Assembly (NCBI GenBank): GCA_963735035.1
Contig: CAVTJJ010000006.1
Location: 448,001-512,000 of the forward strand
Direction of reading: 5' to 3'
Length of the DNA: 64,000 nucleotides
From: an uncultured candidate division Zixibacteria bacterium
Lineage (GTDB): Bacteria > Zixibacteria > MSB-5A5 > GN15 > FEB-12
Under the pieces are notes generated by a model that had not been told where the DNA came from, did no database searches, and was given only the letters and a program-made list of their open reading frames with translations. Position numbers and translations under genes: made by a program. This document shows, piece by piece, positions 10,391 to 19,878 of this stretch; the first letter of the stretch is position 1; each line of letters starts with the position of its first letter.

Positions 10391-11799
10391 TGGAAAAGAA
10401 CATCGTCTTCTGCTCTATTTTCGATCTCACGAAGGTCTTCTTCGCAATCGGAAAGTCTCTGCGCCAAAGGGGTCATCACGTCTATTGGATCACGACCAAT
10501 CAACTCTGGACCCATTGGCTGAGGGAGCGCGGAGTAGAGGGGGGTGACATTCTTGAGCTGGTATACGACCGGTCTAACTTCATGTCCGATGAAGAGGCCG
10601 CGCGCGTCGATGCGGAGATTGTCGCGGCTGAGGCGGTGGCCGATCTAACGGTCAATCAGAGCTTGCTAATGGATCGGTTTGTGATCTACAAGAACCGGCC
10701 GGATATACAAGAGTACATGCGGTTATATTATCGCGATATCAAGCGATTCCTGCAGACTAAACAGATCGATTTGGTGTTCGCCGAGCCGACCAACTGCAAT
10801 GAACTCATGACTCACATAATCTGTTGCGAGTTGGGGGTGGCGTTTGTCTCTGCAGGCGACATGCGTCATCCGTCGAAACGACTCGTCTTCTGCCGGGGAT
10901 ATGGCCAGGATACCCTGGTCAAGCGAAATCCGCCGGGGATGACCGACGTCGACGTGGCCAAGCGCTACATCGATGAATTTGCGACCCGGCAAGAGCAACC
11001 GGTCTACTTCAAGAAACTGGTTCAAGCGAAGGTTGTCGACAGACAGAAGGCGATAAGCGCCATGCGTAACCGCCTGCGGCTCTTGAGTCCCGGCCGCCGC
11101 CGCCACCTTACTTACCACGATCTGTCGGAGCGGCTATTGACGGCGGCCCGTCGCATTGTCAACGGTTTCTGGCTGCGGCATCTGTGTCGCTACGACCGGT
11201 TGGAGGACATCAAGGGGCGGATAGCGTTCTATCCGCTGCACGTGCAACCGGAAGCGTCGATTGACGTACGCGGCTCGTTCTTCAGCGATCAGATCAAACT
11301 GATCAAGGATATCAGGCGGTCGCTTCCGTTCGATGTTACTCTGGTAGTCAAGGAGCATCCGAATTTCCTGGGCCGGCGCGGTCGGCGATTCTTCCGCGAA
11401 TTGCGGCGCATCCCTAACGTTAGAATCATCACACACACGCAATCAGCGTTCGATATATACAAACGGGCGGCGCTCGTATTCACGGTCACGGGAACCGCCG
11501 CATACGAAGCGGGCTTGTTGGGGATTCCAGCGATCACATTCGCCCCGATCTATTTTGGCGGATTGTCGTCGGTGCACTACTGTCAGGACGTTGTTCAACT
11601 CAAACCACTTGTCTTTCGAATCATGAGTCATTTCCATCGGGATCGTGAGGCCGACAACCGCTTTATGGCCGACCTGTTAGCTCAATCATTCGAAGCTTAC
11701 TGGACCGATCCGCTTTTTGATCCTATGGTGTTGAACGCGGAAAATCTCAAGAATCTGGCCGACGCTTTCGTCGAGGTGGTCGAAAGTGATCTGGATTAA
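10390..11799 (+). CDS. capsule-synthesis (KpsS/LipB-like) protein, candidate nonulosonate transferase
   Basis: FYPLHVQPEASID, VVKEHP, TVTGTAAYEAGLLG; true start ATG 10390 overlaps the wzx stop. Confidence 0.7.
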   Translation: MEKNIVFCSIFDLTKVFFAIGKSLRQRGHHVYWITTNQLWTHWLRERGVEGGDILELVYDRSNFMSDEEAARVDAEIVAAEAVADLTVNQSLLMDRFVIYKNRPDIQEYMRLYYRDIKRFLQTKQIDLVFAEPTNCNELMTHIICCELGVAFVSAGDMRHPSKRLVFCRGYGQDTLVKRNPPGMTDVDVAKRYIDEFATRQEQPVYFKKLVQAKVVDRQKAISAMRNRLRLLSPGRRRHLTYHDLSERLLTAARRIVNGFWLRHLCRYDRLEDIKGRIAFYPLHVQPEASIDVRGSFFSDQIKLIKDIRRSLPFDVTLVVKEHPNFLGRRGRRFFRELRRIPNVRIITHTQSAFDIYKRAALVFTVTGTAAYEAGLLGIPAITFAPIYFGGLSSVHYCQDVVQLKPLVFRIMSHFHRDREADNRFMADLLAQSFEAYWTDPLFDPMVLNAENLKNLADAFVEVVESDLD

Positions 11800-13078
11800 T
11801 TCCCTGGCCGTTCTGGTCTACGTTGCCTCTTCGGTGTATGTCTTGCGCCGGTATGTAAAGTATGCGGTCTTGTATGGGTATGTTACTTCCATGCAGTTGT
11901 GGGCACTTGTTTCGTCCTTCTACAACGATCTGGGTGTGTACAATTTTGAGCTAATGCGTCAAACCGACACGAGTCTGGCCACGACTCGCCTGGCTCTATT
12001 TTACTTGCTGTTCAACGCCGGCTTCATTCTCGTAGCAGCGGTGCTGGAACGTCGCACCCTGATTCAAAGGGACTTCGGTCTGAAAGGGCTCACCTTGAGG
12101 CTGGGGAACTTCAAGGTTCTGACTTACACCGGAATTGTTGCGGTCGGTGTTTACCTTGCCTACGGTCTTTACACCGGGGGAATTCCTATCCTCACCGGAC
12201 TCGATCGCCTGGCATTCTATCAACAGACTGGAACGGTTGACCGTCTGGTGCTGGCGTACGGGCCACTCGTCGCTTTCCTACTTGGACTGTTCAGACGGAA
12301 AGCTCGATTTGCTTCGTGGAACGGTCTGCTGCTTCTAGGTTTGATGATCTATGCAGTGCTGGTAGGTCACAAATTCTCGTTTCAGATGGGAATCCTCACA
12401 GCCTATTACACGCCGATATTCGTGCGGTATTTGTCCACACATCCCGATCTACGCCTGCTTCGATGGCGCTATGTAGGGACGATTGTAATCGCGGTCGGTC
12501 TGTTTGCGCTAGGCGCTTACGTCAGTTACTATCGCCTCATGGGCACGACCGATGGGGCCGGAACCCTCTTGACCGACCGAGTTCTGGCCGGTCAGGGAGA
12601 AATATGGTGGGCGCACGACAACCGATTGGCTGAAATCGGAGGATATGACCGTCAGCAGTGGTTGACGGAGTTGGACTTTCTGGTGAGCCCCGAGTCTGGA
12701 TCACCCAACAAGGTTGGAATGCGATACCTTATGGTTGAAATCCTGGGCGGGGAGAGAGCGTTCGCGCTGTTCGACCGGGGATATCTGTACACGATGGCTT
12801 ATCCCGCTATCCTGACGGCTATCATGCCCTATGGTCTGGCCATAGTCATACAGTTCTTGGCCGGAGGGCTGTTTTTGGTGTTGCTGTACTATCTGCATTT
12901 TTGCATCCTGTACAAGCACCATTTCCGTGCGCTAGTGGCGATTACTATGGCTTTGCCGTTTGTGACTTTGCTCTACACCGGGAATTTGTTCGTGTTTCTG
13001 ACCTTCGGTATGGTCGTGAAGTTGTTGATTGTGGTGGCACTGGAAACGGGATTGTTGGTCAATGCCGGGAAAGCGTGA
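11786..13078 (+). CDS. wzy: putative O-antigen polymerase
   Basis: 430 aa, about 10 or more hydrophobic segments with a large loop; inside a wzx/wzz locus. Confidence 0.65.
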   Translation: MIWINSLAVLVYVASSVYVLRRYVKYAVLYGYVTSMQLWALVSSFYNDLGVYNFELMRQTDTSLATTRLALFYLLFNAGFILVAAVLERRTLIQRDFGLKGLTLRLGNFKVLTYTGIVAVGVYLAYGLYTGGIPILTGLDRLAFYQQTGTVDRLVLAYGPLVAFLLGLFRRKARFASWNGLLLLGLMIYAVLVGHKFSFQMGILTAYYTPIFVRYLSTHPDLRLLRWRYVGTIVIAVGLFALGAYVSYYRLMGTTDGAGTLLTDRVLAGQGEIWWAHDNRLAEIGGYDRQQWLTELDFLVSPESGSPNKVGMRYLMVEILGGERAFALFDRGYLYTMAYPAILTAIMPYGLAIVIQFLAGGLFLVLLYYLHFCILYKHHFRALVAITMALPFVTLLYTGNLFVFLTFGMVVKLLIVVALETGLLVNAGKA

Positions 13079-13647
13079 ACTTGGATAGTCGCATCTTTCA
13101 GGATTGGGACGCCAATCGTGGCAATCTCAAGGGTCGATTTGTGCTCGCCTTCTTTCGGCTGGCCCAGATATTTGCCCGCCGCAAAGGTTCGCTGATATGG
13201 TGGCTCGGCCTGCCGGTAATGATAGGCTATCGTCTGCTGACGGAGTACTTTCTCGGCTTCGAATTGCGTCCGAGGACTCAAATCGGTCCCGGCCTGGTGC
13301 TCGAGCATGCTTTTGCGCTGGTGGTTAACGATCAGACCGTGATTGGTCACCACGTCCACTTGCGCCACTGCATCACGATAGGCTGTGTGAAGAAACCTGA
13401 CGGTTCCCAGGGGCCAAGTCCGGTGATAGGTGACTACGTTGAAATAGGGGCCAACGCCTGCATCATTGGCGGTATTCGGATCGGCAACAACGCCAGGATA
13501 GGAGCCGGCGCGGTAGTTACAAAAGATGTCCCACCGGGTGTCACGGTGGTGGGAAATCCGGCCGTAATCGTAAAGAGTTCCGGGAAATCCGCACCTTCAC
13601 ACACCAGCTCCACAGATTCTACAGTCGTGAATCGGCATGAAACCTGA
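13075..13647 (+). CDS. hexapeptide-repeat O-acetyltransferase (WcaB/CysE-like)
   Basis: QDWDAN, YRLLTEYFLGFEL, IGDYVEIGANACIIGGIRIGNNARIGAGAVV; GTG 13075 overlaps the upstream TGA. Confidence 0.85.
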   Translation: MNLDSRIFQDWDANRGNLKGRFVLAFFRLAQIFARRKGSLIWWLGLPVMIGYRLLTEYFLGFELRPRTQIGPGLVLEHAFALVVNDQTVIGHHVHLRHCITIGCVKKPDGSQGPSPVIGDYVEIGANACIIGGIRIGNNARIGAGAVVTKDVPPGVTVVGNPAVIVKSSGKSAPSHTSSTDSTVVNRHET

Positions 13648-14874
13648 GCCGCTAACGGTTGTCATCGTCAATGACTTTGCCTATGTCGAGGGAGGGGCGA
13701 GCCAGGTTGCTCTCCGTAGCGCGGTCGGATTGACTGACCGCGGTCACAATGTGCATCTGCTGGCGGCGGTCGGCCCGGCTGCGGATTTTCTGAAAGCATC
13801 GAAAGTCCAGATTACTCTCCTCGACCAGTATTCGATTGGCGCGGACCCCAGCCGATTGCGGGCTGCCGCTTCGGGTATCTGGAATCGGAGAGCCTACGCG
13901 GCCATGCGAAGACTGCTCCGCGACTTGGAAGGTCGGCCGGTTGTCGTACATGCCCATATATGGGTGAAAAGCCTGTCTTCAAGTGTCGTCAGAGCGGCTT
14001 TCGATGCCGGTGTACCGGTTATTGTCACGGGTCACGATTTCTTCATGGCGTGCCCCAACGGTGGGTTTTACAACTATCCTCGTCAGGAAGTCTGTCCTGC
14101 TGAAAGCGATGTCGCCGGCTTGTCTGGTCACCAATTGTGACAAGCGGAACTATGCTCAAAAGCTGTGGCGTGTGACCAGGCAGGCTGCTCAAAGGACCTT
14201 CGGCGGGGTGCCGTCACGGGTGGCCCACGTCATAACCGTTTCAGAAAAGGGCGAGGCGGTACTTAAGCCTTACCTGCCGTCCAGTGTCTGTCTGCACCGG
14301 GTAAACAATCCGGTTTACGTCGAGAAGGGGACTCCCGTCAACCCGGCGCAAGGGGATTCTTTCGTGGTCATCGGCCGGCTCGATCCGGAGAAGGGTCCAC
14401 TCCTGGCCGCGAAGGCGTTTGCCCAAACCGGCGTAAAGGCAGTATTTGTGGGCGAAGGTGCGTGCACGCACTGATGTGTTGCGAGTAGCTCCCAACGCGA
14501 CCGTCACTGGTTGGCTGAGTCGTGAGGAAGTGCTTGAGAAGCTGAGAAAGGCTCGCGCTCTGGTCTTTCCTTCGCTTTGGTACGAGACCATGGGGCTGGT
14601 AGTGGCCGAGGCGGCCGCCCTCGGCGTGCCGGCCATTGTCGCGGATACGTCAGCGGCCGCAGAGTTGGTCGAGCATAATCAAACCGGCCTGCTGTTTCGA
14701 GGCGGGGACACTGAAGCTCTGGCGGAAGCCGTTAATAGGCTTTGCGATCCGGTCATGGCTTCAAGGCTGGGGGAAGGCGCTTACCACAGGTACTGGACCA
14801 CGCCGACCACGCTCGAGAATCATCTGGATCAACTTGAGCCGGTCTATCGTCAGGCACTGAGTGGCCCCGCGTAA
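13637..14874 (+). pseudogene. GT4 family glycosyltransferase, two +1 frame breaks (~14099, ~14466)
   Basis: EGGASQVA and GHDFFMACPNG (ORF 13637); GRLDPEKG (ORF 13983); FPSLWYETMGLVVAEA (ORF 14446). Confidence 0.85.
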
Positions 14875-14914
14875 TGAACCTGGCCAGGCTGTTGCCTGTT
14901 TCAAGTTGACAGGC

Positions 14915-14923
14915 TGATATAAT
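14915..14923 (+). promoter_or_regulatory. extended -10 promoter (TGnTATAAT) upstream of the pseA-like gene
   Basis: TGATATAAT about 70 nt upstream of ATG 14995, in an intergenic gap. Confidence 0.45.
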
Positions 14924-14994
14924 GCGGCTTTGTTGTAGTCGGAATAATAGTTGGCATAACCAGGCCGGAGATCAGGAGATATAGGATTGATACG

Positions 14995-16194
14995 ATGATA
15001 ACGGAACAGGACAGCCGGACGAAGAGGACTTCAAAGTATATTCGTTACTGCAAACGTTGTGTGATGCCGGAGACCAAACCCGATCTTCACATCGACGCAG
15101 AAGGAGTCTGTAACGCCTGCCGGAGCTACGAGAGAAGAGCCGTAGTTGACTGGAAGAAGCGAGAAGATGAACTGATGCAGATTCTGGAGCGGTATCGCAG
15201 CAAGTCGGGCAGCAACTATGATTGTATCGTTCCCGTCAGCGGCGGCAAGGACAGCACTTTTCAGGCGCTCAAGCTGAAAGAGTGGGGCTTCAATCCTCTT
15301 TGCGTCACCGCCACTACCTGCAAGTTGACCGAGTTGGGGCGCACCAACATCGAAAACCTCAAGCAGCGTGGAGTCGACTACCTCGAGTACACCACCAATC
15401 CGTCCGTGCGACATCGCATCAATCGGATCGGCCTCAGACAGATTGGTGATATTTCCTGGCCGGAACACCTGACCATCTTCACAATACCGGTGCGAATCGC
15501 GGTGCAGATGAATATCCCGCTGCTGGTCTGGGGTGAGAATTCCCAGAACGAATACGGGGGGCCGGCGGCCGATGCCGATAACAATATTCTGAATCGTCGC
15601 TGGCTTGAGGAATTCGGAGGACTGCTGGGCATGCGGGTAACGGACCTCATAGGCCAGGAAGGCATCATGGCCAGAGATTTGGTCGCCTACACTTACCCCA
15701 GCGATGACGAACTGCGCAAGATTGGCGTGACCGGGCTTTTCCTCGGGTACTACGTACCGTGGGACGGCTATGCCAACGCGCTTTATGCGCAGGCCCACGG
15801 TATGCGTACGTATCCGACTGCGATTGAAGGCTCGATGGTCAACTACGAGAATATGGACAACGCGCAGACCGGTATTCACGACTATTTCAAGTTCATCAAG
15901 TTCGCTTTCGGGCGAACCACCGATTTCGCCTGCCTGCACATCCGGCGCGGCCGGTTGCAGCGTCCCGATGGCGTCAAGATTATTCGCGAGCGCGACGGTC
16001 GTTTCCCCTGGTCCTACCTGGGATATCGGGTGGAAGACATTCTCAAGGAAATCGATGTTCCTCTCGAGGAATTCTTTACGATTTGTGATCGCTTCACCAA
16101 CCGTCGACTGTTCGTGTGTGACTCGCGCGGCAATCCGGTTCTCGACGCCGAGCGCAATCTCACCAAGATCAACTACGACAACGTCGAAGAATGA
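14995..16194 (+). CDS. pseA: N-acetyl sugar amidotransferase (PseA/WbuX/WbpG family)
   Basis: CKRCVMPETKPDL, PP-loop VSGGKDS, WGENSQNEYGGP, WLEEFGGLLG, TYPSDDEL; recalled resemblance to Campylobacter PseA. Confidence 0.85.
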   Translation: MITEQDSRTKRTSKYIRYCKRCVMPETKPDLHIDAEGVCNACRSYERRAVVDWKKREDELMQILERYRSKSGSNYDCIVPVSGGKDSTFQALKLKEWGFNPLCVTATTCKLTELGRTNIENLKQRGVDYLEYTTNPSVRHRINRIGLRQIGDISWPEHLTIFTIPVRIAVQMNIPLLVWGENSQNEYGGPAADADNNILNRRWLEEFGGLLGMRVTDLIGQEGIMARDLVAYTYPSDDELRKIGVTGLFLGYYVPWDGYANALYAQAHGMRTYPTAIEGSMVNYENMDNAQTGIHDYFKFIKFAFGRTTDFACLHIRRGRLQRPDGVKIIRERDGRFPWSYLGYRVEDILKEIDVPLEEFFTICDRFTNRRLFVCDSRGNPVLDAERNLTKINYDNVEE

Positions 16195-16808
16195 GCAATG
16201 TCGTCATAGTCGATTACGGCCTCTGCAATCTGGACTCGATTGCGCGAGCGGTGGAGGAATGCGGCGGCAAGGCAAAGATCAGCAGCGACCCACGCGACCT
16301 ACTGACCGCCACTCAGATCATCCTTCCCGGAGTAGGGGCGTTTCCTGACGCGCGACGCAACCTTCGGGATCTATCACTGGATGAGGCCATGCAGGAACAA
16401 GTAGTGGGACGCGGAATCCCGTTTCTCGGAATCTGTCTCGGAATGCAACTCACAGCCAAGCGGGGGTATGAGGGAGAAGCCTGCGAAGGTCTGGGATGGA
16501 TTGACGGAGAAGTCATCCGACTCGAACCAAGCGGCGATGACCGTCGGATTCCCCACATGGGTTGGAATAATATCGAGTTGGCTTACGATTCCCCCCTGTT
16601 TCGAGGTATCCCCGGCGACCGGGACTTCTATTTTGTCCACAGCTTTCATGTCGCCTGCTGCGACGAGCGCCAGATAGTAGCACGAACGCCGTATGCCGGG
16701 GGGTTCGTGTCGGCGGTGGCTCATGACAACATCTTCGGCGTGCAATTTCATCCTGAGAAGAGCCAGAAGTCCGGATTCCAGGTGTTGCGCAATTTCCTTA
16801 GTGTCTAA
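16191..16808 (+). CDS. HisH-like glutamine amidotransferase subunit (LPS-locus paralogue, WbuY-like)
   Basis: LPGVG, GICLGMQ, FYFVHSF, GVQFHPEKS. Confidence 0.9.
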   Translation: MSNVVIVDYGLCNLDSIARAVEECGGKAKISSDPRDLLTATQIILPGVGAFPDARRNLRDLSLDEAMQEQVVGRGIPFLGICLGMQLTAKRGYEGEACEGLGWIDGEVIRLEPSGDDRRIPHMGWNNIELAYDSPLFRGIPGDRDFYFVHSFHVACCDERQIVARTPYAGGFVSAVAHDNIFGVQFHPEKSQKSGFQVLRNFLSV

Positions 16809-16816
16809 GTACTGCT

Positions 16817-17578
16817 ATGGCTCTTAAGATTCGTGTCATGCCGACTTTGCTCTACAAGGATCTCGGTCTTGTGAAAGGACAGGGGTTCGATTCCTGGCGT
16901 CGCACCGGAAGCATCATGCAAACCGTGAAAGTGTACAACATGCGCGAGGTCGACGAAATGGTGTTTCTGGACATCACGGCCACGCGACAGAACTGTCGGC
17001 CCGACTTTGCGATGGTTGATGAAATAGCCGACGAATGCTTCATGCCTCTGACCGTGGGCGGCGGAATTCGGACAGTCGATGATGTCCGCCAGTTGTTGCT
17101 AGTCGGGGCCGATAAGATATCCCTCAACTCGGCAGCGGTCGAGAACCCGGATTTGATTCGTGATGTTGCGCGGCGTTTTGGTTCTCAGTGTGTAGTTATT
17201 TCGATTGATTTTCGGAAACACGACGACGGACGGTATGAAGTCTACACCGAGTCAGGTACCAGACCGAGCGGCCTCGATCCGGTCGAGTGGGCCAGGCGGG
17301 TTGAATCGCTGGAAGCCGGGGAGATATTGCTGACATCGGTTGATCGCGACGGGACCATGACTGGTTACGATGTAGAACTTACGAAACAGGTGGCCGAAGC
17401 GGTTTCAATCCCCGTGATCGCGTCGGGAGGCTGTGGCGAATATGAACACATGGCTCAGGTGTTAAGCCACGCCGGGGTGTTGGCCGTGGCGGCCGGAGCG
17501 ATCTATCATTTCACTCAGCGTACTCCGCTCGAGGCCAAGAAGTATCTGCGGGAGCAGGGGTTCAATGTCCGCATTTAA
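16817..17578 (+). CDS. HisF-like cyclase subunit (LPS-locus paralogue, WbuZ-like)
   Basis: LVKG, FLDITA, PLTVGGGI, GEILLTSVDRDGT, VIASGG. Confidence 0.9.
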   Translation: MALKIRVMPTLLYKDLGLVKGQGFDSWRRTGSIMQTVKVYNMREVDEMVFLDITATRQNCRPDFAMVDEIADECFMPLTVGGGIRTVDDVRQLLLVGADKISLNSAAVENPDLIRDVARRFGSQCVVISIDFRKHDDGRYEVYTESGTRPSGLDPVEWARRVESLEAGEILLTSVDRDGTMTGYDVELTKQVAEAVSIPVIASGGCGEYEHMAQVLSHAGVLAVAAGAIYHFTQRTPLEAKKYLREQGFNVRI

Positions 17579-17607
17579 TATCTGACTCTTGAGCCGGGAT
17601 TGTCGCA

Positions 17608-18366
17608 ATGAAGAGAGTTGCCATCATACAGGCCCGAATGACTTCCACGAGACTTCCTGGGAAAGTCTTGATGGATCTGTGCGGCCGCCCCATGCTGGCC
17701 CAGCAGCTTCGCCGCATACGTCAGTGCACCAGAATTGACTCCGTTGTGATAGCCACTACGCTTAACCCTACCGATGATTCGGTTGTTGATCTGGCTCGAC
17801 GTGAGGGGGTAGAATCGTTTCGCGGCAGCGAGATAGATGTCCTCTCCCGATTTCTTGGAGCGGCGCATCAGGAAAAAGCGGACATAATCATTCGCCTCAC
17901 GGCCGACTGTCCGCTGACCGACGCCGAACTGATAGACCGGGTGGTCGGAGAAATCGAAAGCCGGTCTGGCGCTTTCGACTATTGCAGCAATGTGCTGGAA
18001 CGAAGCTATCCACGGGGACTCGACGCGGAAGCGTTTACTATGGCCGCCCTCGAGAAGTGCGATAAGCTCGGCACAAGTCCGGGAACGCGCGAGCATGTCA
18101 CCACCGTCATACGTCAACAGAATCCGGAGCTTTTTCAGACTTCTTCGATCAAGGACGAAGCCGACAACTCGGATTTGAGATGGACGGTTGATACTCCGGC
18201 CGATCTTGATTTTGTACGCAAGGTCTATGAGAGTCTAGGACTGGCGGATAAATATCGAGGCTATCGGGAAATCATTGCTTTTCTTCGGGCGAATCCCGAC
18301 CTGATTGCGATCAATGCCGGGATCGAAACCTGGGATCCATCGAAGCGGCATTCCGACAAATTGTGA
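17608..18366 (+). CDS. SpsF-like cytidylyltransferase (likely CMP-nonulosonate synthetase)
   Basis: IIQARMTSTRLPGKVL, RGSEIDVLSRF, RLTADCP, YPRGLDAE, REHVT, RWTVDTPAD. Confidence 0.85.
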   Translation: MKRVAIIQARMTSTRLPGKVLMDLCGRPMLAQQLRRIRQCTRIDSVVIATTLNPTDDSVVDLARREGVESFRGSEIDVLSRFLGAAHQEKADIIIRLTADCPLTDAELIDRVVGEIESRSGAFDYCSNVLERSYPRGLDAEAFTMAALEKCDKLGTSPGTREHVTTVIRQQNPELFQTSSIKDEADNSDLRWTVDTPADLDFVRKVYESLGLADKYRGYREIIAFLRANPDLIAINAGIETWDPSKRHSDKL

Positions 18367-18383
18367 CAGGCAGTGATCTTCGG

Positions 18384-19631
18384 TTATTGAAGATCAAATA
18401 TCTGTATCCGACCGTTGTGGCCGTCGGCCACGTACAGTTTCCCCCCGAATATCTGTGCGTCAAAGGGAGTGTCAAACGCTCCGGTTGAAGTGCCGGCAGC
18501 AGCCTGTCCGGAAGCCTCCCAACCTGAAGTCACCCCGCCGCCGGACTTGCCGCCCAGCCAGGCTACAAACTGGCCGTCGAGAGTGAATTTCTGAATGCGG
18601 TGGTTGCCGTTGTCGGCCACCAGGAGACTATCGCCCTCGGTCAAACGAACCGAAACCGGGTTTACAAAGCCGCCCGGAAGAGAACTGGGCCCGGATAGAC
18701 CGTCCGCGGTCCAGCCCGTGACTACGCTACCGTCCTGACGAGCGCCGATCCAGCCAAGAGAAAGTCCGGCGGAATCGAATTTTTGGATCCGATGATTGCC
18801 GGTCTCTGCCACATAGATTGCGCCCGAACTGTCTACCAGGACCATGTGGGGCTTGTAGAATCCACCCAGAGCCGTAGACTGCTTGGCTCTACCTGTGGTC
18901 GCAAAACCGTCGGTGGTACTGTCATCTTCCTTCATGCCTATCCAGCCCACCAAATCACCGTTGGGACGAAACTTGAAAATCCGATTGCCGTCAAAATCCG
19001 AAACCCACCAGTTGAACCAGCGATCAACATACACGTTGGAGATGCCCTGAAGATTCAGCGTGGTGTCAGCCGGGGTTTGAAAGAACAAACCGAGATACGT
19101 TCCGTCGGCGCCATAACGATGGACCCGCCCGTAGAGTGCCGTATACATGTAATCCGCTACCACCAAATTACCGTCCTGATCGAAATCAACGGAGTGGGGC
19201 ATGTACAGACGCCCGATATCAGTACCGCGGTCGGGAAGGCCACTTCGATGCCAGCCTGACGCCGAATTTGTCTGGTCTCTTACCGATCCCAGCCAACCGT
19301 CAAACTGAAGCGATGGAGTGAATCTCACCACTCTGCCTTCTTCCAGATCGGGAACATAGAGAACTCCGTCACTGCCTACCGCGAGTCCGTACGGTTTGGT
19401 GAATCCGGTGATAATTTGAAGTGTTCCTCCGGCATATTGAGCTGAATCGACTTTCCAGGGTATTGCTTCTGGAGGAGGCGGGTTGGAAACCATTTTGTTG
19501 TGATCCTCGCAAGCTATTTCGAATACGGCCAATAACCCACTGCAGAGCAGAAGTAGCACCATGCCGGTCATCGCTCGTCTTATTTTGGTCTTCACGGAAT
19601 CTTGTACCCCATACCTGTCGGAATTCATCAC
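18384..19631 (-). CDS. exported NHL-repeat beta-propeller protein
   Basis: Repeats PYGLAV, PHSVDFD, YVAETGNHRIQKFD, VADNGNHRIQKF, YVADGHNGRIQIF; N-terminal hydrophobic segment. Confidence 0.85.
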   Translation of the reverse strand: MMNSDRYGVQDSVKTKIRRAMTGMVLLLLCSGLLAVFEIACEDHNKMVSNPPPPEAIPWKVDSAQYAGGTLQIITGFTKPYGLAVGSDGVLYVPDLEEGRVVRFTPSLQFDGWLGSVRDQTNSASGWHRSGLPDRGTDIGRLYMPHSVDFDQDGNLVVADYMYTALYGRVHRYGADGTYLGLFFQTPADTTLNLQGISNVYVDRWFNWWVSDFDGNRIFKFRPNGDLVGWIGMKEDDSTTDGFATTGRAKQSTALGGFYKPHMVLVDSSGAIYVAETGNHRIQKFDSAGLSLGWIGARQDGSVVTGWTADGLSGPSSLPGGFVNPVSVRLTEGDSLLVADNGNHRIQKFTLDGQFVAWLGGKSGGGVTSGWEASGQAAAGTSTGAFDTPFDAQIFGGKLYVADGHNGRIQIFDLQ

Positions 19632-19878
19632 TTCACACGTTCGCGATCAAGCCTTTTACATCTCGTGTACGATGGTTCTTAAACGGAACTAGTTTCCGGG
19701 CAAGCCGGAAGATAGTTCCTCCGGAAGCGGGGGGCAGAGCCGTCGCACACCAGGCCCGCTGATTGGAGTTGCTAACGTGCAGTGTCGCAAATGGTTGGAC
19801 GGGTCAAAAAATGACGCGAGAGCGAGCTCCGTGGCACGGCGTTTGTGTTAGAGTTGCTGCTAGATTAAGGCAGGAAAT

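Noticed and set aside
14906..14923. TTGACA...TATAAT as a consensus -35/-10 pair
   Set aside because: The spacer is only 6 nt; only the extended -10 is retained
16191..17578. hisH/hisF as histidine biosynthesis genes
   Set aside because: Coupled to a PseA-like amidotransferase in a polysaccharide locus with no other his genes
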